From a virus (lineage: Duplodnaviria > Caudoviricetes): a DNA stretch of 24,121 bases. Positions within the stretch are counted from its first letter, which is position 1, and each line of letters opens with the position of its first letter. This document shows, one piece after another, positions 1 to 7,553 of the stretch. Made by a program: the position numbers and the translations under genes. A model generated the notes under the pieces. It saw only the letters and a list, made by a program, of their open reading frames with translations. It ran no database searches and was not told where the DNA came from. Location: the IMG/VR virus record IMGVR_UViG_3300049136_000018, positions 1-24,121 of that record. The stretch is one strand, 5' to 3'.

Positions 1-102
1 GGCCTGGCCACCCGCTACGGCGGCTCCGGCGCCACCCACCGCCGCGCCATGGACCGCCTGGCCGCCGCCGGGCTCCGCCGCGGCTACCGCCTCACCCACT
101 GA
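1..102 (+). CDS. 3' end of a hypothetical protein truncated by the window edge (GLATRYGGSGATHRRAMDRLAAAGLRRGYRLTH*)
   Basis: Frame 1 is open from base 1 to TGA at 100-102 with strong GC3 bias. Confidence 0.6.
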   Translation, partial: GLATRYGGSGATHRRAMDRLAAAGLRRGYRLTH

Positions 103-131
103 CCCGCCCGCCCGAAGGGAACCGTGCCCCG

Positions 132-569
132 ATGACTCAGCCCCGCCGTTTCCGCCTCATCCGCGACCACGATGTCACCGGCGCATCCGGCACCGGCCAT
201 GTCGCCAACGGCGTCCGCTGGCCCGACAGCACCGCCACCGTCCGCTGGCGCGGCAGTCGCGCCTCCACCGTCCACTGGGAATCGATCAACGACGCCATCG
301 CGATCCACGGCCACGGCGGGGCGACCCGCATCGAGTGGATCGACCCCGAGCCCATCGACTGGTGGAACGCGGACTTGAACTGCCCTCACTGCCCTGATGG
401 GCACACCCCGCCCACTGGCGGCTCTCAGCCCTGGGGGGCGTTCATCAGCAGCGACCGAGACGCTGACGGTCAGCCCGTCCAGATCATCGTCATGCGATCG
501 GCGGGGGCGCACGTGGCCGAGTCCGACGCCGAATGGGTCCGCCGCGTCCTCAACGGCCGCGCCGACTGA
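132..569 (+). CDS. Phage hypothetical protein, 145 aa, apparently two domains (RRF..RD.DV.G.SGTG..HGHGG module plus CPHC module)
   Basis: ATG with GAAGGGA RBS at 114-120; GC3 bias; N-terminal motif resembles small actinophage proteins. Confidence 0.8.
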   Translation: MTQPRRFRLIRDHDVTGASGTGHVANGVRWPDSTATVRWRGSRASTVHWESINDAIAIHGHGGATRIEWIDPEPIDWWNADLNCPHCPDGHTPPTGGSQPWGAFISSDRDADGQPVQIIVMRSAGAHVAESDAEWVRRVLNGRAD

Positions 570-581
570 TCCACCCGCCCG

Positions 582-611
582 CCGGGGGTGCACGCTGCCG
601 TGTACCCCCGG
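582..611 (+). terminator. GC-rich stem-loop in the 570-649 intergenic region
   Basis: CCGGGGGTGCACG-ctgc-CGTGTACCCCCGG, 13-bp stem with one G-U pair; no U-tract. Confidence 0.45.
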
Positions 612-649
612 GCCCGACCACCGACCGCCAACATGACCCCGGGGGACCC

Positions 650-1390
650 ATGGACACCCAGCAGCCCGCCGTGCAGGCCCGCGCCACCCGCGTACTCGCC
701 GCCCTCGACCGGCTCCGCGCCGACCTCCGTCTCCTCACCCGAACCACCGGCCGCATCCACCGCCCCACCCCCGCGCCGGGCCCCGCCCAGATCGCCGCCG
801 CTGGCCGCCGGTGGGCAGCAGAACGGGCCGACACCCTGGAGCAGATGCGCCGCGGCATCACCCCCATCGGGGCGTCCCCGGCGCCGGGGGACCTGACCAT
901 CCCGTCCACGCTGGCGCGCGCCGACCGGGACCTCGGCGTGCTGGTGCGCGCGGTTCAGTACGGGCTCGGCGACGTCCCGGCCCCGGCCCGGCCGAAGCTG
1001 GCCACCCGCGGGTTCCGGCCGGTGGTCGGGCCCGAAGCGCACATCACCCGGCTCGTGAAGCTGGTGCCGCGCGCGGTCGCCCACGAGGACCTGGCCGACC
1101 ACCTGCTCAGCGAGATCCGCCGCATCCACGCCACGGTGCGGTGGGCGCTCGGCGACGCGGAGGAAGTCCGGGCGCTGCCGACGCGCTGCTACATCTGCGG
1201 GGCCAAGTCGTTGCGTGCGTTCCCGGCCCGGGGGATCATCCGGTGCGTCAACGCCTCCTGCCGTTGCGAGGAGGCTGGGTGCGGTTGTGCGGACCCCGAC
1301 CGGCCCACCCGGCACTGGTGGCCCGCCGCCGACCGGGACGACCTCGACCAGGCCTCCGCCGACCTCGACCGCTGGGAGCAGACTGCATGA
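650..1390 (+). CDS. Cys-rich putative zinc-binding phage protein, 246 aa, candidate late regulator
   Basis: ATG at 650 after GGGGGA; C-terminal CYIC-x15-CVNASCRCEEAGCGC..HWW; ATGA overlap with the next gene. Confidence 0.75.
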   Translation: MDTQQPAVQARATRVLAALDRLRADLRLLTRTTGRIHRPTPAPGPAQIAAAGRRWAAERADTLEQMRRGITPIGASPAPGDLTIPSTLARADRDLGVLVRAVQYGLGDVPAPARPKLATRGFRPVVGPEAHITRLVKLVPRAVAHEDLADHLLSEIRRIHATVRWALGDAEEVRALPTRCYICGAKSLRAFPARGIIRCVNASCRCEEAGCGCADPDRPTRHWWPAADRDDLDQASADLDRWEQTA

Positions 1391-1722
1391 CCATCACCGA
1401 GTTCCTGACCGCCCGGCTCGACGAAGACGAGGAAGTGGCGCGTCGGGTGCCGCAGTGGCAGGCGCCCGAAGAACTGCGGGCGATGACTACCCGAGGATCG
1501 ATCGACCCGCCGTTCCTCGTGGTGGCGTCCGAGCGCGTGCTGCGGGATGTCGTGGCGAAGCGGGCGGTAGTGGGTCTCCACTCCTCCCACTGGTCCGGCG
1601 ACTGCTGGTCGTGCTCCGGAGACCACGGGGCCGACCCCACCCCCGCCCCGTGCGACACGGTGCGCCACCTCGCTGCCGTCTACGCCGACCACCCCGACTA
1701 CCAGCAGGAGTGGGCCCCGTGA
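1387..1722 (+). CDS. DUF6221-like protein, 111 aa
   Basis: Family-like termini MTITEFLTARLDEDE... and LAAVYADHPDYQQEWAP; ATGA overlap at 1387-1390. Confidence 0.8.
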   Translation: MTITEFLTARLDEDEEVARRVPQWQAPEELRAMTTRGSIDPPFLVVASERVLRDVVAKRAVVGLHSSHWSGDCWSCSGDHGADPTPAPCDTVRHLAAVYADHPDYQQEWAP

Positions 1723-1940
1723 CCGGCGACATCCAGGTGACCGCCGCCGAGGCCGCCGCCGAGGTCGGGGTTGCGCGGGCCACCATCGACACCTGGGTCC
1801 ACCGCCGGTATCTGGTCGCTATCGACCCCACCGCGCGGCCCCGCCGGTACTGGCTCAGCGACGTCTTCAAGGCGGAGTCGAACAGGCTTGCGCAAATGCG
1901 GCGGGTACCTGCTATCCTTGCGAAAGATTCAGCGCCTTAG
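1719..1940 (+). CDS. Small MerR/excisionase-like winged HTH DNA-binding protein, 73 aa
   Basis: GTGA overlap at 1719-1722; VTAAEAAAEVGVARATIDTWVHRRYL...RRYWLSDV fits the MerR-like HTH pattern. Confidence 0.8.
   Translation: MTGDIQVTAAEAAAEVGVARATIDTWVHRRYLVAIDPTARPRRYWLSDVFKAESNRLAQMRRVPAILAKDSAP
1888..1918 (+). promoter_or_regulatory. Putative late promoter: -35 TTGCGC, 19-bp spacer, extended -10 TGcTATCCT
   Basis: TTGCGC 1888-1893, TG 1910-1911, TATCCT 1913-1918 (TANNNT); locally AT-richer; just upstream of the late operon. Confidence 0.5.
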
Positions 1941-1966
1941 CGGAGCTGTATCCACACACAGACCCG

Positions 1967-2000
1967 AGGCCCGGTGAGCACACGCTCCCGGGCCTTTCTC
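1967..2000 (+). terminator. Intrinsic terminator-like hairpin at the head of the late operon
   Basis: AGGCCCGG-t-GAGC-acac-GCTC-CCGGGCCT followed by TTCTC. Confidence 0.65.
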
Positions 2001-2025
2001 ATGCCCCCTTCGCCCTGGAGGTCTC

Positions 2026-2487
2026 TTGCCGCGCCTACGCCCCGTCTTCCTCGGCACCGAGACCCTGCCTGACGGCACCGTCCGAGACCGCACCGTCCTC
2101 GTGGTGGACTACGTCGACCCTGACCACATCCCCAGCTACAGCGAGGGCCTGGACAAGCTTGCCGACCGCGGGCTCCCGCCGGTCCTGGTGTTCGCCGGGC
2201 CCGTGGACGTCAGCGACGGGGAAGCCTACGCCACTGCCGCCCCGACGTCCCCTGAGCCGGACCGGCCGGTGCTGGTTCTCGGTAAGGACCGCATCGACGC
2301 CACCCTCATGGCTGACGGAATCGACGCACCCGGTGAGGTGTGGATGTTCGGTGCCGACCGCCTCGCCGTCCTCCCGGTCGGTATGCACAAACCCGTGGTG
2401 GTGCGCACCCCGGCCTACCGGGTGCTCGACAGCGAGTTCAAGGACCGTCTGGAGAGCGACCTGCGCCGCATCCAGGCCAAGCCCTAG
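2026..2487 (+). CDS. Phage hypothetical protein, 153 aa
   Basis: TTG start with GGAGG RBS just upstream; GC3 bias. Confidence 0.75.
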   Translation: MPRLRPVFLGTETLPDGTVRDRTVLVVDYVDPDHIPSYSEGLDKLADRGLPPVLVFAGPVDVSDGEAYATAAPTSPEPDRPVLVLGKDRIDATLMADGIDAPGEVWMFGADRLAVLPVGMHKPVVVRTPAYRVLDSEFKDRLESDLRRIQAKP

Positions 2488-2589
2488 ACCACCATGACGT
2501 GCCCGTGCCGCGCCAGTCACTGACTCCCGCTGGCCCCGCCGGGCACCACCCGCACGACCGCGACTGAGGGGGCGCGGACGTGCGCGGCA

Positions 2590-2633
2590 CCCCGGCCGCT
2601 CCGCACCGAGGGCGGAGCGTTGAGCGGCCGGGG
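2590..2633. terminator. Inverted repeat between convergent genes, probable terminator of the antisense lipoprotein gene
   Basis: CCCCGGCCGCTC 2590-2601 / GAGCGGCCGGGG 2622-2633, perfect 12-bp IR, 4 nt beyond the minus-strand stop. Confidence 0.6.
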
Positions 2634-2637
2634 CTCT

Positions 2638-3129
2638 CTACTCCCCCACCTCAACCTCGAAGTACCCCGACAGCGCCTCGGACGCCTCGAAAGCGACCTC
2701 AGCGTCACCCGCCGCCTCCTGGGAATGCGGCGCCATGGTAGACACCTCCAGCTCGTAGAACTCCGCGCGCGGCACGTCGGGGATGGTGAACGGCAGCCCG
2801 CATTCATACGGGTCCTCGCTCCGAACCTCGGCCAGCAGCCCTGTCTCACCGCCCACCTCGGCCTCACCTTCCAGGTCGCTCTCGACATCACCCGCCGCGA
2901 TGATCTCCCCGCCGCTGTCCCGCAGCGTGTAGGCCGTGCCCATCCACACACAGGACACGTCGTCGTAGTTCACGGCGATGTTCCCGGTGTCGGTGACCAG
3001 GCGGATCATCACGCTGACCGTGTCCGTGGTGTTGGCCTCGGTCGTGTCGGCAGGTTCCTCGCTGGCACCGCATCCGGCTACGGCGAGCACGACGGCAGCA
3101 GTGGCCAAGGACACGCGGGACAGGGACAT
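2638..3129 (-). CDS. Acidic lipoprotein, 163 aa, antisense to the late operon (moron-like)
   Basis: ATG at 3129 with GAGGAG RBS; signal peptide MSLSRVSLATAAVVLAVAG-C with lipobox; D/E-rich, no lysine. Confidence 0.85.
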   Translation of the reverse strand: MSLSRVSLATAAVVLAVAGCGASEEPADTTEANTTDTVSVMIRLVTDTGNIAVNYDDVSCVWMGTAYTLRDSGGEIIAAGDVESDLEGEAEVGGETGLLAEVRSEDPYECGLPFTIPDVPRAEFYELEVSTMAPHSQEAAGDAEVAFEASEALSGYFEVEVGE

Positions 3130-3214
3130 GGCGGATCTCCTCGCCTCGGGGGTTGTGCACCTGAGACGCCCCACCACGATGACCGGTTGCCCCTCCACGA
3201 CGAAGGAGCCCTCC

Positions 3215-3475
3215 ATGTCCTCACGTGCGCGCGATGTCCAGATCAGCGGCCTCGCACCCGGCTACCGCGACCTGGCCGTCACGATCAGCGGCGTCCCGGT
3301 CTCCCGTTCGCTCCGGGGGTTCACCCTCGACGCCCGCGCCGACACCGAGCCCCGGCTCACCCTCGACGTGGTAGTGCGCGACGCCTCCACCGTCTCCGGA
3401 CAGATGATCGTGGACATCCCCGACGCGACCCGCGAGACGCTGCTCGCGCTCGGCTGGACACCGCCCGATGCCTAG
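3215..3475 (+). CDS. Phage hypothetical protein, 86 aa (MSSRARDVQ...LLALGWTPPDA)
   Basis: ATG at 3215 with GAAGGAG RBS; overlaps the HNH start. Confidence 0.75.
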   Translation: MSSRARDVQISGLAPGYRDLAVTISGVPVSRSLRGFTLDARADTEPRLTLDVVVRDASTVSGQMIVDIPDATRETLLALGWTPPDA

Positions 3476-3803
3476 ACGTCCGTGCCTGGACTGCGGGCAC
3501 CTGACCCGCCGAGGGTCCAGGTGCGGGTCATGCGGTGCGGCACGCGAGCAGCAGCGCGACCAGCAGCGCGGATCGTCATCAGCTCGCGGTCTCGGCTACC
3601 GACACCGCAAGCTCAGGGACATCGTCCTCCAGGGTGACCCGCCCTGCCACTGGTGCGGTGCCCCTGCCACCACGGCTGACCACCTGGTGCCTCGTGCCCT
3701 TGGTGGCTTGACCACGCTTGATAACTACGTTCCGTCATGTCGAGGCTGTAACAGCTCCCGGCAGGACAACCCGGACTGGACCCCGCCGAACCAGCGCACC
3801 TGA
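3468..3803 (+). CDS. HNH endonuclease (terminase-associated, HK97 gp74-like)
   Basis: CHWC..ATTADHLVPRALGG..NYVPSCRGCNSSR; N-terminal CxxC pair; directly upstream of terS. Confidence 0.92.
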   Translation: MPRRPCLDCGHLTRRGSRCGSCGAAREQQRDQQRGSSSARGLGYRHRKLRDIVLQGDPPCHWCGAPATTADHLVPRALGGLTTLDNYVPSCRGCNSSRQDNPDWTPPNQRT

Positions 3804-3972
3804 CGGCGTTTGTGCAGGTCAGGCGGCAGGCCGGAGGGGGAGGGGGCACCCCCACCCGCGCAGGTCAGCAGGCCAGGGGTTGACCCGCGCCCTCCGCTGG
3901 CGCACATCGCCGGAGGATAGAACCGATTTTTCAGGGCCCCGGCTTCCGGCCCTACGGCTACAGGGGGTGACC
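3804..3972. other. Predicted cos/packaging-initiation region
   Basis: Non-coding gap between HNH and terS with G-runs, two GCAGGTCAG repeats and an AT-rich patch; position typical of cos phages; exact cut site not determinable. Confidence 0.55.
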
Positions 3973-4455
3973 GTGCCCGGTCCTCCGAAGCAGCCGCTGG
4001 AGCTCAAGCGCAAGCGCGGCAACCCCGGCAAGGAGAGCTTGCCCGCGAAGGTGGAGACCGCCCCGCTCGCCCCGGCCACCGGCATCCCGCCCGTGCCGAT
4101 CACCCTCCAGACGGCCGGGCGCGCGGTCTGGGAACGGCTGTGGACCGCCGGGCAGGCGTGGCTCTCCCCGCAGACGGACCTGGACATCCTCACCCGGCTC
4201 TGCGAGTACCACGACGAGCGTGAGGCGGTTCGTGCGGAACTGGCGGCGACCGGATACCTGGTGCCCGGGTCGATGGGACAGGACCGGATCAACCCGTTGG
4301 TGAACGCGCTCCGCGACATCGAGTCGCACATGACGAAGCTCGAAGGGTTGTGCGGGTTCAACCCCAGCGACCGCGGGCGTCTCGGCTACGCCGAGGTCAA
4401 GCGCCAGTCGAAGCTCGAAGAGCTGCTCGCGAGGAGGGACACCCGTGGCGCGTGA
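3973..4455 (+). CDS. terS: Terminase small subunit (P27-like), 160 aa
   Basis: PGPPKQPLELKRKRGNPGK N-terminus, INPLV and GFNPSDRGRL motifs; GTG 3973 with AGGGGG RBS. Confidence 0.9.
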   Translation: MPGPPKQPLELKRKRGNPGKESLPAKVETAPLAPATGIPPVPITLQTAGRAVWERLWTAGQAWLSPQTDLDILTRLCEYHDEREAVRAELAATGYLVPGSMGQDRINPLVNALRDIESHMTKLEGLCGFNPSDRGRLGYAEVKRQSKLEELLARRDTRGA

Positions 4456-5971
4456 CGCCTGGCCGCCTCGGTGGCTCACCCCCGTGCCCGAAGAGGACCT
4501 CCGCCGGGGTGACGGCGAGTTCGCCGCCGAGTTCATCACGGCTCTGTGCCGCATCACCAAGGAGAGCGTGGCCGGGCCGAGCGGCAGCCCGATGGTGCTC
4601 CGGCCGTGGCAGCGCAGCCTCCTGGAGCACGTCTACGCCCGCCGACCGGACGGCCGCTACCGTCACCGCCAGGCCCTCATCGGCGTGGCCCGCAAGAACG
4701 GGAAGTCCGCGCTCGGCGCCGGGCTCGCCCTCCACAGCCTGGTAGCCGGACCGCCCGGCGGCGAGGTGTACTCGTGCGCCGCCGACAAGGAACAGGCGCG
4801 GATCGTCTTCGGGACCGCCCGCCGCATGGTGGAGATGGAAACCGACCTCGCCGACGCCATCAAGCTCTACAAGGACACGATGGAGGTCAAGGCGACCGGC
4901 ACCGTCTACCGGGTCCTGTCCGCCGAAGCCTTCACCAAGGAGGGGCTGAACCCCACCGCCGTCATCTTCGATGAGGTCCACGCCCAGCCGGACAGGACGC
5001 TGTGGGACGTCATGGCGTTGGCCATGGGTGCCCGCATCGAGCCGCTGATGATCGGCATCACGACCGCGGGTGTCCGCGCGGACTCCACCGGCAAGGACTC
5101 CCTCTGCTACGGCATGTACCAGTACGGGCGGCGCGTGGCTACCGGCGAGATCAGCGACCCCAGCTTCTTCATGGGCTGGTGGGAGCCGGAGAACCCGGAC
5201 GCAGACCACCGCTCCGCTGACACCTGGCGGGAAGCGAACCCCGGGTTCGCCGACCTCGTGTCGCAGGAGGACTTCGAGTCCGGTGTCCTGAAGACGCTGG
5301 AAGCGGAGTGGCGGACGAAGCGGTGCAACCAGTGGGTGTCCGCCGCGACCGCGTGGCTCCCCGCGGGGACGTGGCCCGCGTGCGAGAACCGTCGGCCGAT
5401 CCCCGAAGGCGCCCGCGTGGTGCTCGGATTCGACGGCAGCTTCTCGAACGACTCCACGGCCCTGGTCGCGGTGGAGCTGGGCGACGACGACCAGCACCCG
5501 CACATCGACGTCGTGGAGTGCTGGGAGAAGCCTCCCGAGGCCGGGCTCGACTGGCGGGTTCCCATCATGCAGGTGGAGGACGCCATCCGCGCCGCGTGCC
5601 GGAAGTTCGACGTGCAGTTCATCGCGTGCGACCCCTACCGGTGGTCGCGCACCTACCAGGTCCTGGAGGACGAAGGACTCCCGATCGTGGAGTTCCCGCA
5701 GTCCCCCGCGCGGATGGTGCCCGCCACCCAGAGGTTCTACGAGGCCGTGCTCAACCAGCAGCTCACCCACTCCGGTGACGAACGGCTGGCCCGGCACATC
5801 GACAACTGCACCGTGTACACCGACAGCCGCGGCAGCAGGCTCCGCAAGGACTCCCGGAACTCGCCCCGCAAGATCGACCTCGCCATCGCCGCTGTGATGG
5901 CGCACCAGTGGGCCTGTGAGCCTCCGATCGACGAAGAGGAGGTGTCCGAGCCGTGGGTCATGTACGGATGA
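4445..5971 (+). CDS. terL: Terminase large subunit
   Basis: LRPWQ motif, Walker A ARKNGKS, Walker B VIFDEVH, ITTAG coupling motif, nuclease motifs GFDGS and KIDLAIA. Confidence 0.97.
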   Translation: MARDAWPPRWLTPVPEEDLRRGDGEFAAEFITALCRITKESVAGPSGSPMVLRPWQRSLLEHVYARRPDGRYRHRQALIGVARKNGKSALGAGLALHSLVAGPPGGEVYSCAADKEQARIVFGTARRMVEMETDLADAIKLYKDTMEVKATGTVYRVLSAEAFTKEGLNPTAVIFDEVHAQPDRTLWDVMALAMGARIEPLMIGITTAGVRADSTGKDSLCYGMYQYGRRVATGEISDPSFFMGWWEPENPDADHRSADTWREANPGFADLVSQEDFESGVLKTLEAEWRTKRCNQWVSAATAWLPAGTWPACENRRPIPEGARVVLGFDGSFSNDSTALVAVELGDDDQHPHIDVVECWEKPPEAGLDWRVPIMQVEDAIRAACRKFDVQFIACDPYRWSRTYQVLEDEGLPIVEFPQSPARMVPATQRFYEAVLNQQLTHSGDERLARHIDNCTVYTDSRGSRLRKDSRNSPRKIDLAIAAVMAHQWACEPPIDEEEVSEPWVMYG

Positions 5972-6147
5972 GCCGCCCCGCCCTGGTCGGTGTCGGGCTC
6001 GCCCTGGCCGTCGCCGCCATCGCGGTCGGTGTCGGCATGGAGCTGGGCACCGGGTGGGGGCTCGCCGTCGGCGGACTGCTCGCCGGGGTGCTGCTGGTGT
6101 TCCTGGTCGACCTCGGCGACGACAACCCGGACGGAGGTAGTACCTGA
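5968..6147 (+). CDS. Small two-TM membrane protein between terminase and portal, 59 aa
   Basis: ATGA overlap with terL and TGATG overlap with portal; two hydrophobic segments. Confidence 0.75.
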   Translation: MSRPALVGVGLALAVAAIAVGVGMELGTGWGLAVGGLLAGVLLVFLVDLGDDNPDGGST

Positions 6148-7553
6148 TGCCGTCCTTGTTCGGCCGGGCCCGCGCCCGCGCCCGCGACCGGTCGCTGCTG
6201 GAGGACTGGTCCGGCGGGACGATCACCCCGCCGTCGATCTGGTCCATGCCCACCGGGCCCGCCCGGTCTGGGCAAGAGCAGCCGTGCGCCGAGTACCTCC
6301 AGGCTGCCGCGATCCTCAAGTCCAACGGCCCCGTCTTCGCCGCCCACCAGGCACGCGCGAAGGTGTTCACGGAGGCCAGGTTCTTGTTTCGCAAGCTCAA
6401 GGACGGTCGTCCCGGCGACCTCCACGACGACGGGTCCGACGCCCTAGAGGTGCTGCGGAACCCGTGGACCGGCGGGCACACCACGGACCTGCTCGGCCGG
6501 ATGATCCAGGACGCCGACGCCGCCGGGAACAGCTTCACCCTCCACCGTGGTGGCCGGTTGAAGCGGCTCCGTCCGGACTGGGTCACGATCGTGGTCGGGT
6601 CCGAGACCGACCCGGAGCTGGCCGGGGACGCGATCGACGGCGAGCTGCTCGGCTACATCTACCACCCGCACGGGTCCGCGAACGGTGCACCCGAGGACCA
6701 CTTCCTCATGCCGAACGAAGTCGCGCACTGGGCCCCGATCCCGGACCCGCACTTCATGCAGCGCGGCATGTCGTGGATGACCCCGATCACCCGGGAGATG
6801 ACCGCGGACAACGCGGCCACGACGCACAAGCTCAAGTACTTCGAGAACGGAGCGGTGTCCGGCCTGGTGGCAACCCTGCCGTCGTCAGTGACGCCGGAGA
6901 TGTTCGCCCGGTTCATGGAGACGTTCAACGCCAACCACCAGGGCGCCGCCAACGCCTACAAGACCCTGTTCCTCGGCGGCGGTGCCACGGTCACCAACGC
7001 GGGCAACAACCTCCAGCAGTTGACGTTCACGTCGACCCAGGGAGCCGGAGAGACCCGGATCGCCGCCGCCGCCGGGGTGCCCCCGATCATCGCGGGCTTC
7101 TCCGAGGGCCTCCAAGCCGCGACCTACAGCAACTACAGCCAGGCGCGGCGCGCGTTCGCGGACCAGACCATCCGGCCCCTGTGGCGGTCCGCCGCCCAGG
7201 CGCTCTCCACGATCGTGGACGTGCCCGCCGACAGCGAGCTCTGGTACGACGACCGCGACGTGGCCTTCCTCCGCGAGGACCGCGACGCGTCCGCGACGAT
7301 CCAGAACCGGCAGGCCCAGACCATCAAGACCCTGATCGACGCCGGGTACGACTCCGACACTGTCGTGCCCGCGGTCGCGTCCGAGAACTTCCGGCTGTTG
7401 GAGCACTCCGGCCTCTACAGCGTGCAGCTCCGGCCCGCGAACGCCGCCGAGGACAGTCCGTCCGGTGTGCCGTCGAAGGCCGCTCCCATCAGCCCGGACA
7501 CCGTCCCCACGGTGGTTGACCCGGCCACCGTCGACCCGAAGGACCCGAAGTGA
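6147..7553 (+). CDS. Portal protein (HK97-like)
   Basis: GGAGG RBS; position; GNSF, LRPDWV, YFENGA, IAAAAGVPP..G, TYSNY motifs. Confidence 0.93.
   Translation: MPSLFGRARARARDRSLLEDWSGGTITPPSIWSMPTGPARSGQEQPCAEYLQAAAILKSNGPVFAAHQARAKVFTEARFLFRKLKDGRPGDLHDDGSDALEVLRNPWTGGHTTDLLGRMIQDADAAGNSFTLHRGGRLKRLRPDWVTIVVGSETDPELAGDAIDGELLGYIYHPHGSANGAPEDHFLMPNEVAHWAPIPDPHFMQRGMSWMTPITREMTADNAATTHKLKYFENGAVSGLVATLPSSVTPEMFARFMETFNANHQGAANAYKTLFLGGGATVTNAGNNLQQLTFTSTQGAGETRIAAAAGVPPIIAGFSEGLQAATYSNYSQARRAFADQTIRPLWRSAAQALSTIVDVPADSELWYDDRDVAFLREDRDASATIQNRQAQTIKTLIDAGYDSDTVVPAVASENFRLLEHSGLYSVQLRPANAAEDSPSGVPSKAAPISPDTVPTVVDPATVDPKDPK

Noticed and set aside
533-649. Extended starts in the ORF track (533, 811, 1215, 2978, 3718, 9144, 10593, 11223, 12235, 18289, 19845, 21613)
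   Set aside because: They overlap upstream genes; downstream starts with an RBS or stop-start overlap fit better
1719-1940. Calling the HTH an excisionase
   Set aside because: No integrase or att site in the window; position favours a transcriptional role
1948-1956. GTATCCACA, DnaA-box-like 9-mer
   Set aside because: Single mismatched copy with no cluster; chance level
2494-2525. 9-codon ORF MTCPCRASH and the AGTCA-C-TGACT palindrome
   Set aside because: No RBS; too short to distinguish from chance
2620-3504. 294-aa + strand ORF across the lipoprotein gene
   Set aside because: No RBS, Arg/His/Gly-rich shadow; the minus-strand gene has an RBS, signal peptide and lipobox
3468-3803. HNH as a homing endonuclease or defence nuclease
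   Set aside because: Size and position next to terS match the packaging-associated class
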